A stretch of DNA of 64,000 bases from Octopus sinensis. Taxonomy: Eukaryota. The stretch spans positions 133,176,001-133,240,000 of the forward strand of contig NC_042997.1 in assembly GCF_006345805.1 (NCBI RefSeq), written 5' to 3'. The position numbers and the translations under genes are program-made. This document shows, in pieces, positions 1 through 13,215 of the stretch (positions are counted from its first letter, which is position 1; each line of letters begins with the position of its first letter). The notes under the pieces are model-generated. The model ran no database searches, was not told the origin of the DNA, and worked only from the letters and a program-made list of their open reading frames with translations.

Positions 1-254
1 GAACGATGTGGTCCGTAAGCAAGCTACTTACCACACAGTCACTCTTACGTTACGAACAATATTCTTTTCTACTCTAGGCAAAAGGCCCGAAATTTTGATG
101 GAGGGGGCCAGTCGATTAGATCGACTCCAGTAAGCAACTGGTACTTAATTTATCGACTCTGGAAATATGAAAGGCAACGTCGATGTTATGAACAATATTG
201 TCTGTCTTGACCCACCTATATAGTGTTGCTGGATTAACTCTGACTTATTTGATT

Positions 255-470
255 CGCTATGATAGATCGCTAGCCCATACACATTCTTTATTTTCTCTAT
301 TTTCTCTCCTTGTTTCTGTCTGTGTTCCTTTCTCTGGGGGATCGTAGGCTCGAAACGTTAAAGACTTTTTCACTTCCCGAGCGTTATACTAATACATCTG
401 TTTGTTGTCCTCACCACCTGTCTTCGTCTTTTGTTTTTTTTGTGTGTGTGTGTGTGTGTGAATTCTCTCC
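255..470 (+). mobile_element. Short non-coding PLE-terminal-like repeat (family P1) with degenerate hammerhead-like motif
   Basis: Matches about 190-bp units at 3645, 26635, 43060, 49338 (+) and 15544, 50715 (-): cgccatgatagatcg...gagcgtaggctcgaaacgt...ttatactaatacatctgtttg...cacctgtcttcgtc. Core degraded here (ctctggg). Confidence 0.75.
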
Positions 471-605
471 ATACTATCTAACATGCACTCTATTGTCTTT
501 GGCGCTGGAACATTAGCAAACAGAACTTTTACGTCCAAGAGGTTTCTTTCTTCTTTCTTCAAATCACTTACGATATCCGTATACGGTATGTATTTCTTGG
601 TTTAA

Positions 606-835
606 GGCGGCGAGATGGCAGAAACGTTAGCACGCCGGGCGAAATGCTTAGCGGTATTTCGTCTGCGTTACGTTGTGAGTTCAAATTCCTCCGTGGTCGA
701 CTTTGCCTTTCATCCTTTCGGGGTCGATAAATTAAGTACCAGTTACGCACTGGGGTCGATGTAATCGACTTAATACCTATGTCTGTCCTTGTTTGTCCCC
801 AGTGTGTTTAGCCCCTTGTGGGTAATAAAGAAATA
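606..835 (+). mobile_element. tRNA-derived SINE family B (central domain resembles Meta-type SINE domain)
   Basis: ggcggcgagatggcagaaacg head, gagttcaaattcc B-box-like motif, gactttgcctttcatcctttcggggtcgataaattaagtacc domain, aataaagaaata tail. Many other copies in window. Domain name is from memory. Confidence 0.8.
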
Positions 836-1422
836 GGTATGTATTCGTTGGTAATAAAGTCTTAATTGTTTATCGATTTTCCATCTGGATCTTTATTTAT
901 TTTTAATGTCAACAAGGCAGTGAGCCGACAGGATCGTTACCACACGTGACGAAATGCTTAGCAGCATTTCGTCCATCTTTACTTTCTAAGTTCAAATTCT
1001 GCGGTTTCTGTGGCGTATGCGTTCCTCCCAGCATAATTCAATTGCAAATACGAAAGTTGTAAACATCACAATCCTAATTGTCGTAGTGGCCATTCAAATA
1101 CGTCAGTCATCCGCTTAGCTTACTATACTCTTAAAACTACTACGAGAGACTGCAATTCATTATAGCGCACAGCACAAAATAAACTAGATAGGTACACATA
1201 AATAATTAAAATAATTGATTAATGATGGAATCTATACTCTTAGTGCAGCTGAAAGCTAAAATATACAGAGAAATGTACAAATGATAAACAAACATATATA
1301 TCTGACCGATGGCATAAATCTAGCACTCAAAATTAGAAGTATGCTAGAAGTATGTCTTTAGTTATCACATTAACAAAACAAGAAAAAAGGCTGTTTTCCT
1401 CTTGAGTCATACACACTGATAA

Positions 1423-1638
1423 GGGCCGGTTTCCAGGTTTTTATGGCGTATATATTCCTCACCTGGACGGGACGCCGGTCCGTTGTAGGATTACTCACTT
1501 TTGCCAGCTGAGTGAACTGGAGCAACCTGAAACGAAGTGTTTTGCTCAAGAACACAATGAGTCGCCCGGTCCAAGAATCGAAACCATAATTTTACAATCA
1601 TAAATCCAACACACTAACCAGTAAGCCACGCGCCTCCA
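1423..1638 (-). mobile_element. tRNA-derived SINE family E (CORE-like segment plus ggactggcgtcccgtccag 3' module)
   Basis: Reverse complement gives tRNA-like head, ttgtgttcttgagcaaaacac, gttgctccagttcactcagctg and ccggcgtcccgtccagg...tacgccat. Homologous to 38066-38312. Confidence 0.75.
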
Positions 1639-2289
1639 GTATATAAAAAAAGGATCAATAGTCATTAAAATCACTTTACCCAGAAGATAAGACTATGAAG
1701 ATCAACAAACGTAGATAAGAGACTTAGAAATTTTATTCAGGAACTTATATATGAGATATAATGAAAATTTGATAAAGATATAGACTATAAGTCAGTCGTG
1801 TATTCAATATACATTCCTATACGTACATACACGCATTCACACATCTAGGTATAAATAAACCTATATGCATATGTATGGATGCATGTATGCACGTCTTGTA
1901 TACATATAATAATAAATATCCATGAATAATTGATTCGCTCATATGCAGTATAAATAATGTCTCTGAATATTACCTACATGCTGCAAACATGTATGTGATT
2001 TAAGCACACACTCGCTCTAATTTTACACGGTAATGACACCGAGATAAAGTAGAAACTGTTCTTATTTATGACACTGTATTTAATGTAATAGATAACCGAA
2101 ATAACAAGACATAAATTTAACAGATTCGTGCGTACTATATAGAATATACATAATACATGCTATTTGTAAGACAGCTGAAATGGCATCTGGCTAATATCAA
2201 AATATTAACCATTTACAGAATTTATTCATTGTATTTCCAGCATTGAGTTAATTTCTTTTTAAAACTAAATCGAATTCCTTTACATTTCA

Positions 2290-2900
2290 TGATTAATAAT
2301 TAATATTTTCAGATTTAGTCTGCCCACGTTGAATTTTTAATTTTCAGTGATTAATATTAACCTGTTTGATAATTTACATGTGCGTGGTTTGTTGTTGATG
2401 AGAAAGATTTTAATTGCGATGTTCTTGTATATGATTAGTGCTAATTTATCGTTTGATGTTATGCATTTTGAGATCTGTTTTACGAGGTTTCTCTTAATGT
2501 GTTCAAATATTCTAAAGCTAGTATCCAGTCGCTTCATATAACACTCTTAAATTGTTGTTTGCGCATTTTTAATAATTGTGTCATCAAATCTATTTGCTAT
2601 GATGTATTGTGTTTACTCTGCTTGATTTATTAGTTCGTTAGAATATCCTTTGTTGGTTAATGTTTCTTTCATTCTTTGAATTTCTTAATCTGGTGTTTCA
2701 TTTATAGAAGCGAATCTAAATGCTCTTATAAGTTGAAATTTTACCACTGACCTTTTGTATTTATGCGTGTCATTCCTTATCTCCTTTTAACTTTTTGCAT
2801 TTACTGTTGCTTGATCTAAGCAGACATGATGTAGCTGTTTCCTATATAAATAGTCACTGTATTGATAGTAGTTTTATTTATATTGTACCTGATGCTGAAT
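2290..2900 (-). pseudogene. Decayed Penelope-like element (RT C-terminus / GIY-YIG region)
   Basis: Manual translation across frameshifts: HKYKRSVVK..RAFRFAS..EIQRMKETLTNKGYSNELINQA, then ..RIFEHIK..NHIQEH, typical of the PLE RT thumb and endonuclease. Confidence 0.65.
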
Positions 2901-2989
2901 TTCGGTGCCAAGTCATTAACCAGTTCTTCTTTTAATTCTTCGACCTTTCCTTTGTGCTCACTATGACAAGTATATCATGCATATCGCAT

Positions 2990-3220
2990 TCTTTTACTCT
3001 TTTACTCTTTTACTTGTTTCAGTCATTTGACTGTGGCCATGCTGGAGCACTGCCTTTAGTCGAGCAAATCGACGCCAGGACTTATTCTTTGTTAGCCTAG
3101 TACTTATTCTATCAGTCTCTTTTGCCGAACCGCTCAGTTACGGGGCGTAAACAAACCAGTATCGGTTGTCAAGCAATGTTGGGGGACAAACACAGACACA
3201 CAAACATACACACACACAAA

Positions 3221-3256
<36 letters not shown>

Positions 3257-3436
3257 ATATATATATATATATATATATGTACGACGGGCTTCTTTCAGTT
3301 TCCGTCATCCAAATCCACTCACAAAGCTTTGGTCGGCCCGAAGCTGTAGAAGACACTTGCCCAAGATGCCACGCAGTGAGACTGAACCTGGAACGATGTG
3401 GTCCGTAAGCAAGCTACTTACCACACAGTCACTCTT
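2990..3436 (-). mobile_element. tRNA-derived SINE family A (about 400 bp, internal TA/TG microsatellite)
   Basis: Homologous to 10824-11232. Head with A/B-box-like motifs, ttgggcaagtgtcttct CORE-like motif, tail gtaaaagag repeats. Confidence 0.9.
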
Positions 3437-3994
3437 ACGTTACGAACAATATTCTTTTCTACTCTAGGCAAAAGGCCCGAAATTTTGATGGAGGGGGCCA
3501 GTCGATTAGATCGACTCCAGTAAGCAACTGGTACTTAATTTATCGACTCTGGAAATATGAAAGGCAACGTCGATGTTATGAACAATATTGTCTGTCTTGA
3601 CCCACCTATATAGTGTTGCTGGATTAACTCTGACTTATTTGATTCGCTATGATAGATCGCTAGCCCATACACATTCTTTATTTTCTCTATTTTCTCTCCT
3701 TGTTTCTGTCTGTGTTCCTTTCTCTGGGGGATCGTAGGCTCGAACGTTAAAGACTTTTTCACTTCCCGAGCGTTATACTAATACATCTGTTTGTTGTCCT
3801 CACCACCTGTCTTCGTCTTTTGTTTTTTTTTTGTGTGTGTGTGTGTGTGAATTCTCCCCATACTATCTAACATGCACTCTATTGTCTTTGGCGCTGGAAC
3901 ATTAGCAAACAGAACTTTTACGTCCAAGAGGTTTCTTTCTTCTTTCTTCAAATCACTTACGATATCCGTATACGGTATGTATTTCTTGGTTTAA

Positions 3995-4224
3995 GGCGGC
4001 GAGATGGCAGAAACTTTAGCACGCCTGGCGAAATGCTTAGCGGTATTTCGTCTGCGTTACGTTGTGAGTTCAAATTCCTCCGAGGTCGACTTTGCCTTTC
4101 ATCCTTTCGGGGTCGATAAATTAAGTACCAGTTACGCACTGGGGTCGATGTAATCGACTTAATACCTATGTCTGTCCTTGTTTGTCCCCAGTGTGTTTAG
4201 CCCCTTGTGGGTAATAAAGAAATA
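3995..4224 (+). mobile_element. SINE family B (duplicate of 606-835)
   Basis: Near-identical to 606-835. Confidence 0.85.
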
Positions 4225-4391
4225 GGTATGTATTCGTTGGTAATAAAGTCTTAATTGTTTATCGATTTTCCATCTGGATCTTTATTTATTTTTAATGTCA
4301 ACAAGGCAGTGAGCCGACAGGATCGTTACCACACGTGACGAAATGCTTAGCAGCATTTCGTCCATCTTTACTTTCTAAGTTCAAATTCCGC

Positions 4392-4637
4392 GGTTTCTGT
4401 GGCGTATGCGTTCCTCCCAGCATATGTGTTCCATCGCAGCGTTACTCATGAAAGAGGAAGAGATAGTGAGAGAAAGTTGGGGCGAAAGAGTACAACAGGA
4501 GTCGCCACCACCTCCTGCCGGAGCCTCGTGAAGCTTTTAGGTGTTTTCGCTCAATAAACACACACACAACGCCCGGTCTGAGAATCGAAACCACGACTGC
4601 GAGTCCGTTGCTTTAACCACTGGGCCATTGCGCCTCC
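4392..4637 (-). mobile_element. tRNA-derived SINE family C
   Basis: Reverse complement of the 38315-38620 type: ggaggcgcaatggcccagtggttaaag head, ttgagcgaaaacacctaa, ctctttcgcc.caactttctctcact, gcgatgg..., tacgccacagaaacc. Confidence 0.8.
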
Positions 4638-5239
4638 GCATAAATATATAAGTATATAAAAAATTAACGTATTTTCAACCTTACGCATTCTTTTTCGCAT
4701 ATATATGTTCGTGTGTGTGTGGGGGGGGGGGGGATGCGTGTGAAATAAATTAGATACAGTCAATTTAACAAAATTATAAATATTTATGCGGTGTAAGACA
4801 AAATTAATCTTTCAGTAAGTGCGTCAACAAATGTATTCATCACACAATATAAATAAAAAAAAAAAGAACCTGCCCAGAAAATTCCTGATTCGAGCTTTGA
4901 AACGTTGCTCGAAATTTGAAATTGCTAAACCATCTGTACAAGGCTAATGCATACATTTTTCACCCAGGAAACACTTGCTCTACATCTCACCTCACAAAAC
5001 CCCGCACCGAATACATCGCCTAGTCTTTCTCACCCAGAAATCGTACGAGAAATTAAGTTTCTAAACTGAATTTAAAAAAAAGAGAAAGGTTAGCGGTTAA
5101 GTGTGTCGATTTTCTTCACACTAGTAACATTTAACTTGAAAAGAAACGAAAGAAACTTTAAAAGTGTCGCGATAATTATCATTAGACAACATTTCTTCAA
5201 CACCACCTCCTCCGCACCAAGAACACGTTGTCGACGTCA

Positions 5240-5301
5240 GCACTGCCGCCCCCGCCACCACGGCCATCACCAACGCCGCCGCCACCACCACCACCACCAC
5301 C

Positions 5302-5354
<53 letters not shown>

Positions 5355-5390
5355 TATCCTCCTCCTCCTCATTATCATCATCATTCATTT
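5240..5390. repeat. Compound trinucleotide tract (CCG/CCA/TCA/CCT)
   Basis: Direct inspection. Source of spurious poly-His/Pro/Met ORFs. Confidence 0.95.
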
Positions 5391-5892
5391 TCGTTGCAGC
5401 TTTCGTATTTGGAAATATAAATTTGAGTGTAGGTATATACACCACATACACACACACACATACATACATACATACATACATACATACATACATACATACA
5501 TACATACATACATAATACATACATATACATATACATATACATACATACATGCATGCATACATATATATATATATATATACAAGCACACACACACATATAC
5601 ATATATATATATATACACAAAAAACAGAATCACACACACACACACAAACATATATATATATATATACATACAGGCACACACACATATTTGTATATAATTA
5701 TACACTCATATCGACGATGTCTTCCAGCGTGTGAAATATGGAATTTTATATGAAATTAATATAAGATTGTAACGTCATGTAGAGAAACCATATCATTTGC
5801 AGTTTGTCCGATTAATAAATATATTATGACGATAAAACTTCATTACAAAAAAAAAAAAAACTTACTGTGGTTAATTTCTGTTTCACTTGTTG

Positions 5893-6011
5893 GTCTTCTT
5901 CTTCTTCTTCTTCTTCTTCTTCTTCTTCTTCTTCTTCTTCTTCTTCTTCTTCTTCTTCTTCTTCTTCTTCTTCTTCTTCTTCTTCTTCTTCTTCTTCTTC
6001 TTCTTCTTCTT
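5893..6011. repeat. (TTC)n / (GAA)n microsatellite
   Basis: Long perfect run of ttc units. Confidence 0.98.
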
Positions 6012-6663
6012 CTCCTTCCATCGTTGGTTGTCATCGTCGTTGCTATCGTTCATATATATTGTCTTGTTTATTCCTTTTTCAATATAATTTTTAATGACGT
6101 CTACGATGGAAAAGTGACCTAGTTAGTATCGATGAAACTGGCACTTATTAATATGTAGCGTGATCTGATACATGCATACGTATATGTATGCATGTATGTA
6201 TGCATGTAGTATGCATGTATGTATGCATGTATGTATGTATGTATGCATGTATGTATGTATGTATGTATGCATGTATGTATGTGTGTATGTATGCATGTAT
6301 GTATGGATGTATGTATGCATGTATGTATGTATGTATGTATGCATGTATGTATGTATGTATGTATGCATGTATGCATGCATGCATGATTTATATTTGAGTT
6401 TAATCATAGAATTCAAGACGGTTGCTACAAAAGCATCAAGAAGTTTTTGAGTTAAGAGAGTTCTCTGTATTTGTTAATATGCGGTTGAGTTGGTGTGTGG
6501 GTTGAACTGTCGATGAATACACCCAAGTGTGTGCATCTATTCACATAAGGATCTCTCATGGAAAATTTGGGGAATGTCTTATAAGTCTTCACCGTGCCAC
6601 TAATAGATTAGATTTGGAGAACCCGCGTCATTTTGTTTTGCTTTTTCACCGTGAAACCGAGTA

Positions 6664-7183
6664 CCGTAAATCCTCGAGTATAGTCCGCTCTTGAGTATAA
6701 TACGAAGGGGATTTTTAGGGGGCTGTATTTCTGAAAAACCTAAACCTTGTGTATAATACGCACCCCTTTACTAACTTGAGTCGTACGTAATTTAGCCAAC
6801 AGCACCTAGTCAAACAAACTCTTCCGCTCATGCGTAATACAATAATGGTGATGTTCTTAACTGTTATATGGGGTTGTAAATGTTTGCAAATTGTTTTTGT
6901 TACCTGATATTCTGTGTTCTGAATACTTTTATTTTAATAAATGTTGCTTACTGCAAGTTATGGATGATTCTTTTATGACTTCATTGCTTTCAGGCTTAGC
7001 TTAAGGTATTTTCGCGTCCGACATCACAAAATGCGTCTGAATAAACATTCCCGGACGGCAAATAGAGACTCGGACATTGCTTAGAAGATATTTTTCATTT
7101 TTAACCTCGTATATAGTACGCACTAAGGATTTTGACCTTTAAATTTTGGGGAAAAAATGCCGATTATACACGAGGATTTACGG
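6664..7183. mobile_element. Tc1/mariner-pogo-type MITE with about 25-bp TIRs and TA target duplication
   Basis: TA|ccgtaaatcctcgagtatagtccgc ... gccgattatacacgaggatttacgg|TA. Interrupts the LINE REL coding region. Confidence 0.85.
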
Positions 7184-7784
7184 TATTTCAGGTTATTTTG
7201 TGCACATTTGTTGGTATATAACCTTATGCACCTATAGAGAATGGTACAAATGAGAATTCATAGTCAGGCAACAACAGTTGCAAGTTCCGCATTAATTTGC
7301 CATAAATGTTATCTTTTTCCTGGACTTTTGATTGTATATTCAAATCTTCTAGGCAGCTGACCTCTACGAATGTGCATGACTTTTGTTCCTTGTCCCAAAT
7401 AATATCAGATCTGTTATACTTGCACCGAGTTGATGTTATGGTCTACCAGTATTCCTTGTTTTAAAAGGTGTGAACCTCTGCTGGTTCTCATATGCCTTTG
7501 ATGTATAGTCTTTACAACTATACCATGCCTCAGGGCAGGTAGCATCTCGTAGACATTTTGGGATAGCTGTTGATGTGGGTGATATCTTCCACACCGGTAT
7601 AGCAGAGCCGACATTTGTTTTTCACAACGTGGAGGTTGGGTGGTATCTTTGTCCCTCTTGTCTATCAGGTATTTAGTAGCTGTCTCCTGTTCCTGGATAA
7701 CGAAAGCATATCCTTCTAGTCGTATGTAATGTATCTAATCGCAGCCCAGTAGAGGCTGAAGGTGTTTTCTCACTTTTGAGTGTC

Positions 7785-8182
7785 GCTTTTACTCTTTACT
7801 TGTTTCAGTCATTTGACTGCAGCCATGCTGGAGCACCGCCTTTAGTCGAGCAGATCGACCCCAGGACTTATTCTTTGTAAGCCTAGTACTTATTCTATCG
7901 GTCTCTTTTGCCAAGCCGCTAAGTTACGGAGATGTAAACACACCAGCATCGGTTGTCAAGCGATGTTGGGGTGCGGGGGCAAACACAGACACCCAAACAC
8001 ACACACACATATATATACATATATACGACGGGCTTCTTTCAGTTTCCGCCTACCAAATCCCCTCACAAGGCTTTGGTAAGGCCGAGGCTATAGTAGAAGA
8101 CACTTGCCCAAGGTGCCACGCAGTGGAAATGAACCCGGAACCATGTGGCTGGTAAGCAAGCTACTTACCACACAGCCACTCT
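7785..8182 (-). mobile_element. SINE family A inserted in the LINE
   Basis: Full-length homolog of 10824-11232. LINE coding remnants lie on both sides. Confidence 0.9.
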
Positions 8183-9879
8183 TATGTGTATAGAATATTT
8201 TCATTTCTTTCTTTACTGTTCAGTAGGTGTTAAAGGCTTTTTGGACTGACCTTATGCCTCTACTGCCATCATTTCATCTCACATATATCCTATCGGTGTC
8301 ACTGTTAATATGGAATTTGCTAGTGATGGTTAATACCTTCCTGGTTTTGATGTCTTGGCTGGGATATTGGTAGTAGTACTAGTACTCCAAAAGCATTGTG
8401 CGATATGTTCTTGTTAAATGCAGACAGCTCTCAGTTCCATATTTTCCGAAGTCTACAGAATACTCTTTCGTTATTCTGGGTTTAGTAACAGCATTAATGT
8501 ATCCAACATTCTCATCGATTCTGGGGTATTTGTAGCTTTCATCATTAAAGATTGAGAAGATAGAATAAGGCGTTGATGAACGTTCTCTGCCTGGTCAAAA
8601 ATCTTTTCTCCGTTGACCACCATGTATGACCATTTCTATATACCATGAGAATGTTGCGATTAGTTCTAATTGTCTCTTGACGTTTGTCATATTACCAGAA
8701 TATAACTTTAGGTTCATCAATAAAAAATATGTAACATTAACTTTATTGTTTTCTGCATATCCCAGTATGTAGCCGTAGCATTTTGTTGGCAGGGTTAACA
8801 AAGGATTCACTGCCAGTACAAAGAACATTACAGATAATATATCCTCCTGGAATATGCCTGTTGATAGCTTAATTCTGCTTGTAACAATGTGGTATATTAG
8901 CAGTTGTTAGTGATAACTGTGTAGATCATGATGCAGTCGGTCTTTGGATGGCATTTTCTATAGCATCTGGTACTTTAGCAAGGTGTAGTGATTCTATCAC
9001 CCATGAGTGGTCCAGCTATATCGCTAGGAGATTACGGCGATGTTGCTTGGCTTCCTTAAGTACAACTTTGTTGAGGAGGAGCTGTTCAGCACAGACCCAA
9101 GCTCTTTTCTTCCTCCTACCTGTTTATCAGTTATCACTCCATTTGTCAGTGGTCTTGGAGAAGCATATGCAAACAGAATGTGTACAGCTTACACATAATA
9201 TTCAGGCATGCTATGAGTGTATAGATTTTAGTCACGTGGGTTTCTTCGTTCATGAGATAAAATTAGTCCGGGCAACCGTCAGCCAATCTGGTATATCTAG
9301 CTCAGGGTTCATTGTCTTTTTAACTGATTCGCAAGAATATCTCTCTAGAATGTGAGCTTTGTGTACCAGTAGACTCCTATCAGGTCTCTCTCAGGAGATT
9401 TTCCGTTCGACTGTTTCATAATAATCGACAGGAGTGTTTCACTGGTGATGTTTTATGTTTTGGGTGAGGCATTTACACAGTACTCACTTAGTAGGTCGTT
9501 CCACCATGCTGCATCACGGTTGTGTTGTGTGTTCACATTCCAGATTCTCCGCAAAAATGTCTCCAAGTCTTCTTGGGGAGGAGAACTTATTACCTTAATG
9601 GTATCGCCTTTCATATTGTGATAAACAGCTTGAAGTTTTCGGGCAAACTTTCGATTTTTCGTTTTCCGTTCATGTACTTTTTAAAAATATTCACGTTTTT
9701 CATTTACTGCTCGTAGATTGAGTATGAGGCTGATAAGTTATTCTGTGAATGTTTCTCAGAGGCATTTCCCATACAATTTGAAGAACCTATTATGCAGTCG
9801 TAGCTGGTGATTCGTGAACTCATTTTTAGCCTCGCATTTGATGATAGTGTCCAACTGTCCTTTCTTTCTCCTCTTTCTC

Positions 9880-10281
9880 TTTTCTCTTTTACTAGTTTCA
9901 GTCATTTGACTGCGGCCATGTTGGAGCACCGCCTTTTAGTCGAGCAAATCGACCCAAGGACTTATTCTTTGTAAGCCTAGTACTTATCCTATCGGTCTCT
10001 TTTGCCGAACCGCTAAGTAACGGGGACGTAAACACACCAGCATCGGTTGTCAAGCGATGTTTGGGAGACAAACACAGACACCACAAACACACACACATAT
10101 ATACATATACATATATACGACGGGCTTCTTTCAGCTTCCGTCTACCAAATCCACTCACAAGGCTTTGGTCGGCCCGAGGCTATAGTAGAAGACACTTGCC
10201 CAAGGTGCCACGCAGTGGGACTGAACCCGGAACTGAGTGGTTGGTAAGCAAGCTACTTACCACACAGCCACTCCTGCGCCT
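9880..10281 (-). mobile_element. SINE family A
   Basis: Full-length reverse copy ending cacagccactcctgcgcct. Confidence 0.9.
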
Positions 10282-10324
10282 GAGGCCTTCAATATTATTT
10301 TGGAGGGAAGTAATACATTTTGGC

Positions 10325-10555
10325 TCTGTATTTCTTTATTTATTTATTGCCCACAGGGAGCAAAACATAGAGGGTACAAACAAGGACAGACAAAAAGATT
10401 AAGTCGATTACATCGACCCAGTGCGTAGTTGGTACTTATTTAATCGAAAGGATGAAAGGCAAAGTCGACCTCGGCATAATTTGAACTTAGAACGTAAAGA
10501 CAGGCGAAATACCGCTAAGCATATCGCCCGGCGTGCTAACGCTTCTGGCGGCTCA
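10325..10555 (-). mobile_element. SINE family B
   Basis: Reverse complement of the 606-835 type. Confidence 0.8.
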
Positions 10556-10713
10556 CCGACTTATTACCCTTTGGATCGGTCTCTCTTACTCCAATGGATA
10601 TAGGTATCTATTTCTCTGTTCGTCCGTTTGTCTATTTATATATGCATATGTGTGTGTATGTGTACACACACATGTATATTATATATATATATATTAATAT
10701 ATATATATATTAT

Positions 10714-11232
<519 letters not shown>

Positions 11233-11965
11233 AGAATATATATATATCGTTCGGCTTAAAAGCCCTTCTTGTTTGTGTTACTGTTATTCTCCTTGTCCTG
11301 TCTTTTACTGTTTATATTTTGTACTGTTGTTACTGCCCTGTTTTTTTTTTATCATTTTTACCCCTCCGCAAAAAAATCTCAAATTTTATTTCATTTGATT
11401 TTCGCGGGAAGGATTGTTTCATTAAAGCCATGTATCGCCTTGACCTTCGAAACGTGGAGTAGATGAAACAAAGGCGACTGAAGAAGGGGAATTTTCCTTG
11501 TTTTGTATGTCCTGTACTCTATTTTTTCGTTGTTTAAGAAAAATTCCCATTTCCTTGGTTTTGTGTTTATGTTTTCGTTTCTCATTGTGTTCGACGTTTT
11601 TTTGGTGTCCTGTACCCATATATGCATGTATATATACATGTAGAGGTAGGTACGTACATATATGTATGTATATATGCATACGTTTTATTTATTTATTAAT
11701 TTATTATATATATATATACATACATGCATACATACATAGAGAGATAGAGAGAGAGAGGGAGAGAGAGAGAGGGTGTTAGTTTTTATGTAGGTGTGTATAA
11801 CTGTCTGAATATTTATCTACCTGTTTGCTTATTCACCTGTCTACAGAGGTAGTTGTTATTCATTTAATTTTAAGCAATTTCATGCGATAACCTTGGGGTT
11901 AAGTTAATTCATAGCAATATATATATTTATATACACATGCATACATACATACATACATACATACA

Positions 11966-11999
<34 letters not shown>

Positions 12000-12102
12000 A
12001 TTACATGCATACGTATATATATATGTATATTTTTTTTATAAAATTATTTTAGCATTTTCTATCTTGACCTTTTTTCCATATATATATATATATATATATA
12101 TA

Positions 12103-12519
12103 CACTCTTTTACTCTTTTACTTCTTTCAGTCATTTGACTGTAGCCATGCTGGAGCACCGCCTTTAGTCGAGCAAATCTACCTCAGGACTTATTTTTTAT
12201 AAGCCTAGTACTTATTCTATCGGTCTCTATGCCGAACCGCTAAGTTACGGGAACGTTAACACACCAGTATCGGTTGTCAAGTGATGTTGGGGAGGACAAA
12301 GACAGACACACAAACATACACACACACATACACACACATATATATATACATATATACGACGGGCTTCTTTAAGTTTCCGTCTACAAAATCCACTCAAGGC
12401 TTTGGTCGGCTCGAAACTATAGTAGAAGACACTTGCCCATGGTGCCACGCAGTGGGACTGAACCCGGAACCATGTGGTTCGTAAGCAAAGTACTTACCAC
12501 ACAGCCACTCCTACACCTA
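12103..12519 (-). mobile_element. SINE family A
   Basis: Full-length reverse copy. Confidence 0.9.
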
Positions 12520-12854
12520 TGAATAACTTCCATCGATAACTATTGCACAGAAATTTGTAACAAAATATGATTAAAATAAAAGCAATATGCTATTAGCTCT
12601 GGGTTTGAAAGCATAACATTTATCTAATCAGTTGCAAGAGGTCGAAGATACAAAGGAATTGCATATTCAGAGCTCCTGTGTTATATGGTTGAAGGACAGC
12701 ATATCAACGTTGCAGAGAACCTTTTCTTGGCTAGAGCTGTTAAATTTCCGCACTGTTTTTTTATGCAATGTCTGTTGTCCATTCGGTGAAAAAACGATTC
12801 TATGACATTTAGTAACTGTTTCAAATGTTTTTGCCACAAGGCCAAGACTTTTAT

Positions 12855-13215
12855 TATATCGACTCCAGTCCTTGACTGGTACTTTATTTTATCTACCTCG
12901 AAAAGATGAAAAGTAAATATGACCCTTGTGGCATTTGAACTCAAGAATGTAAAGACAGACACAATTCTGCCAGCTCGCTGCTTTACATTACATTTGATAA
13001 TCCTTTCTACTTATAAGCACAAGGCCTGAGATTTGTTGGGAGAAGATTACTTGATTACATCGACTCCTTTACTCAACTGGTACTTATTTCATCGACTGCG
13101 AAAGGATGAAAGGCGAAGGTGACTTCAGCGGAATTTCAGTGAAGAACGTAATGAGGAACTAAATACCACTAAAAATTTTGTCCCGGCCTGTTAACGAATC
13201 CGCCAGCACACCACC
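12855..13215 (-). mobile_element. Two adjacent degraded SINE family B copies
   Basis: Two ggtactt..tttatc..c.cgaaa.gatgaaa.g.aaa.t.gac motifs in tandem. Confidence 0.65.

Larger units (their letters stand above)
1..4424. repeat. Direct duplication: 1-1035 repeated at 3391-4424
   Basis: Near-identical text at offset about 3390 with only a few substitutions and small indels. Diverges after cccagcata. Confidence 0.95.
6390..9865 (-). mobile_element. Decayed, 5'-truncated R4/Dong-type non-LTR retrotransposon (RT + CCHC + REL endonuclease)
   Basis: IFQEDILSVMFFVLAVNPL...YFLLMNLKLY (RT motifs); KCRLCYTGVEDITH knuckle; RSDIIWDKEQKSCTFVEVSCLEDLNIQSKVQEKDNIYGKLMRNLQ (REL); LGF..ISGTVKTYKTF C-terminus; many stops and frameshifts. 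Confidence 0.85.

Noticed and set aside
5103-6450. Poly-His, poly-Pro, poly-Glu, poly-Ser and MYVC/HTYI ORFs
   Set aside because: They are translations of tri- and tetranucleotide microsatellites, open in several frames on both strands. The same applies to the many YIYI, LSIY and CVCV ORFs throughout.
11395-11490. Hammerhead-like gaagg...ccttcGAAAcgtg
   Set aside because: No CTGANGA 5' of the helix and G at the cleavage position. At most a relic.
12620-12850. Possible exon or hAT transposase C-terminus (NLTALAKKRFSAT)
   Set aside because: Resemblance is too weak, there are no convincing splice sites, and stops are nearby.
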